Positions 62,097 to 64,000 of a stretch of 64,000 bases of DNA are shown here, piece after piece. Positions within the stretch are counted from its first letter, which is position 1; each line of letters begins with the position of its first letter. Source of the DNA: an uncultured Acidobacteriota bacterium (lineage in GTDB: Bacteria > Acidobacteriota > Thermoanaerobaculia > Multivoradales > SZUA-115); assembly GCA_963805975.1 (NCBI GenBank), contig CAWDVR010000001.1, positions 1,280,001 through 1,344,000 on the forward strand, written 5' to 3'. The notes under the pieces are model-generated. The model ran no database searches, was not told the DNA's origin, and saw only the letters and a program-made list of their open reading frames with translations. Made by a program: the position numbers and the translations under genes.

Positions 62097-64000
62097 ATGA
62101 GTGTGTTCCTCAAGGATCTGCGCCTCGCCCTGCGATCCCTCGCCAAGAAGCCGGCCTATGCCGGCCTGGCGATCGCCACCATGGCCTTGGGGCTCGGCGC
62201 CGCGACCGCCGTCTACGGCGTCTTCGACGTCGTGCTGCTCTCTCCCCTGCCCTTTCCGGCCTCCGACCGGCTGATGGTGCTCTCGACCGCCAACCCCGCG
62301 AAGCGCATCGAGACCGCCGGCGTTTCGGCCCCCGAGTACCGCGACTATCGCGAGCAGCTCTCCTCCTTCGCGTCGCTCGAGCTGTGGACCTGGTACGGCC
62401 TCTCGCTCAACCGGGACGGCCGGCCCCGCGACATCACCACCGTGCGCGCGAGCCCTGGCCTGCTCGAGGCCCTGGGCACCCGGCCGCTCCTCGGCCGGAC
62501 CTTTCGCCCCGACGAGTCCGAGGAGTCGAGGGTGATCGTGATGTCTCACGGCCTGTGGGCGAGCGAGTTCGGCGCCGACCGCGAGATCATCGGCCGGTCC
62601 GTGCGTCTCGACGAGGAGCCTTGGACGGTGGTCGGCGTGATGCCTGCAGGCTTCGAGTTCCCCAGCGCCGAGGTGAAGCTGTGGATCCCCTACTCGGCGG
62701 CCGAGGCCAACGAGCGGCTGCGCTTCTGGAGCGTGGTGGGCCGGCTGAAGCCTGGGGTGACCGAGGAACAGGCCCGGCGGGAAGCGGAGACAGTTTCCCG
62801 GGCCCTCGAGAGCAAATACCCGGAAACCGCCGGCTTCGTGGCGCGGATCGCCTCGCTCAAGGAGCGCGCGGTGGGCACCATCCGCAGCAGCCTGGTGGCG
62901 GTGCTGGTGGCGGTGGGTCTGTTCCTGTTGATCGCCTGCGCCAACGTCACCAACCTGACCCTCGCCCGGGGCCTGGACAGGGGCGGCGAGCTCGCAGCCC
63001 GGACGGCGCTCGGAGCTCCCCGCTCCCGGCTGCTCTCCCTGCTGCTGGCCGAGAGCACCCTCCTGGCCTTGCTCGGAGGCCTGCTGGGCGTGGCGCTCGC
63101 CGCCTGGGGGGTGGAGGCGCTCTCGGCACTGGCGCCGCCGGAGATCCCTCGCTCGGCGGAGATCACCCTCTCACCCCGCGTGCTGGCGGTGGCCGCTGGC
63201 CTCATTCTGCTGGCCGGGCCCCTCTTCGGGCTCCTGCCGGCCTTGCAGCTCTCCGGCCGGGCCGGGACGGCGATCTCGGGCAACCGCAGCATGACCGGCG
63301 CCCGCGCCGCCACCCGGGCCCGCCGCGCGCTCACCATCGCTCAACTGGCCCTGTCGCTGGTGCTGCTGGCCGGCGCCGGCTTGATGGTGCGCAGCCTGTG
63401 GAAAGTGTTCGGCCTCGACCCCGGCTTCGAGCCGAAGAACGCCGTGGCCGTGCAGCTCTTCGTCTTCGGGCCGCCGTACGAAGGCAAGCCCGATGCCTGG
63501 CGCCAGTTCGGGCGCAGCCTGGAGGCAGGGATCGCCGCCCTGCCCGGAGTGACGGCGGTGGGCACGGTCAACGCGCTGCCGCTGTCGCCGATCCAGGGGG
63601 GCAGCCGGGAGGTCGAGATCGGGGGCCGGGCCGAGCCCGAGCAGCTCCGGGCCTCCTTCCGCGTGGCCTCACCGGGCGCCCTGGCCGCCCTGGGCCGCCG
63701 CCTGGTGACGGGCCGGAGCTTCACCGCCGACGACCGCGACGGCGGCGCGCCGGTGGTGATGCTCTCCGCGGCGGCGGTAGGGGCCTACTTCGGAGACCAG
63801 AACCCGATCGGTGCGTCGATCCGCGTCCGCGGCGGCGAGAAGTGGGCCCAAGTGGTGGGGGTGGTCGCGGACGTGCGGGCGGCCGGTCTAGAGCGCGTGC
63901 CGGACCCGGAGGTGATCTTCCCCTTCGAGCAGCAGCCCTTCGGCGTGATGTCGGTGGTGGTGCGCTCCGCCGGCCCCATGCCGGGCCTTCTGGAGGCAGT
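62097..64000 (+). CDS. ADOP-family duplicated ABC permease (MacB/FtsX), 3'-truncated by window edge
   Basis: AGGAGG RBS; MSVFLKDLRLALRSLAKKP..., LLIACANVTNL, ALGA.R and QLALSLVLLAGAGL; absent from the ORF track because it runs off the end. Confidence 0.9.
   Translation, partial: MSVFLKDLRLALRSLAKKPAYAGLAIATMALGLGAATAVYGVFDVVLLSPLPFPASDRLMVLSTANPAKRIETAGVSAPEYRDYREQLSSFASLELWTWYGLSLNRDGRPRDITTVRASPGLLEALGTRPLLGRTFRPDESEESRVIVMSHGLWASEFGADREIIGRSVRLDEEPWTVVGVMPAGFEFPSAEVKLWIPYSAAEANERLRFWSVVGRLKPGVTEEQARREAETVSRALESKYPETAGFVARIASLKERAVGTIRSSLVAVLVAVGLFLLIACANVTNLTLARGLDRGGELAARTALGAPRSRLLSLLLAESTLLALLGGLLGVALAAWGVEALSALAPPEIPRSAEITLSPRVLAVAAGLILLAGPLFGLLPALQLSGRAGTAISGNRSMTGARAATRARRALTIAQLALSLVLLAGAGLMVRSLWKVFGLDPGFEPKNAVAVQLFVFGPPYEGKPDAWRQFGRSLEAGIAALPGVTAVGTVNALPLSPIQGGSREVEIGGRAEPEQLRASFRVASPGALAALGRRLVTGRSFTADDRDGGAPVVMLSAAAVGAYFGDQNPIGASIRVRGGEKWAQVVGVVADVRAAGLERVPDPEVIFPFEQQPFGVMSVVVRSAGPMPGLLEA

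Overview
A roughly 70% GC bacterial chromosome segment. Gene content (ADOP-type permease, DUF374, ECF types) suggests Acidobacteriota, probably Thermoanaerobaculia; this is an inference. Most of it is core genome: nuoM-nuoN-rex; rsmD, a CCA enzyme, dnaE, a pgsA-like gene, hfq, miaA, comEC, bactofilin and tRNA-Gly(CCC); cls, pyrE, an NtrC-family regulator and a degP-like protease; rimP-nusA-infB-rbfA-nrnA-truB-rpsO-pnp; metG-tatD, hslO, radC and speB; two ECF sigma loci; thiolase, a CADD-like oxidase and thrC; udg-rpoZ-gmk-yicC; a CDP-sugar/C-methyltransferase cluster; and a truncated ADOP permease. I saw no CRISPR array, integrase or transposase. Five genes carry single +1 frameshifts, probably sequencing errors. 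The most notable signals are: (i) an ECF-type promoter motif GYAAG-N17-CGTCTT shared directly upstream of comEC and radC, a candidate competence regulon; (ii) a perfect 30-bp G-rich inverted repeat beside the radC motif; (iii) repeated TANNNT-N6-8-start leaderless architecture; (iv) a sigma54 promoter with an NtrC-like enhancer ahead of degP; (v) half of a REP-like repeat forming the N-terminus of a DUF4910 protein; and (vi) several orphan accessory genes. All family calls come from motif recognition, not database searches.
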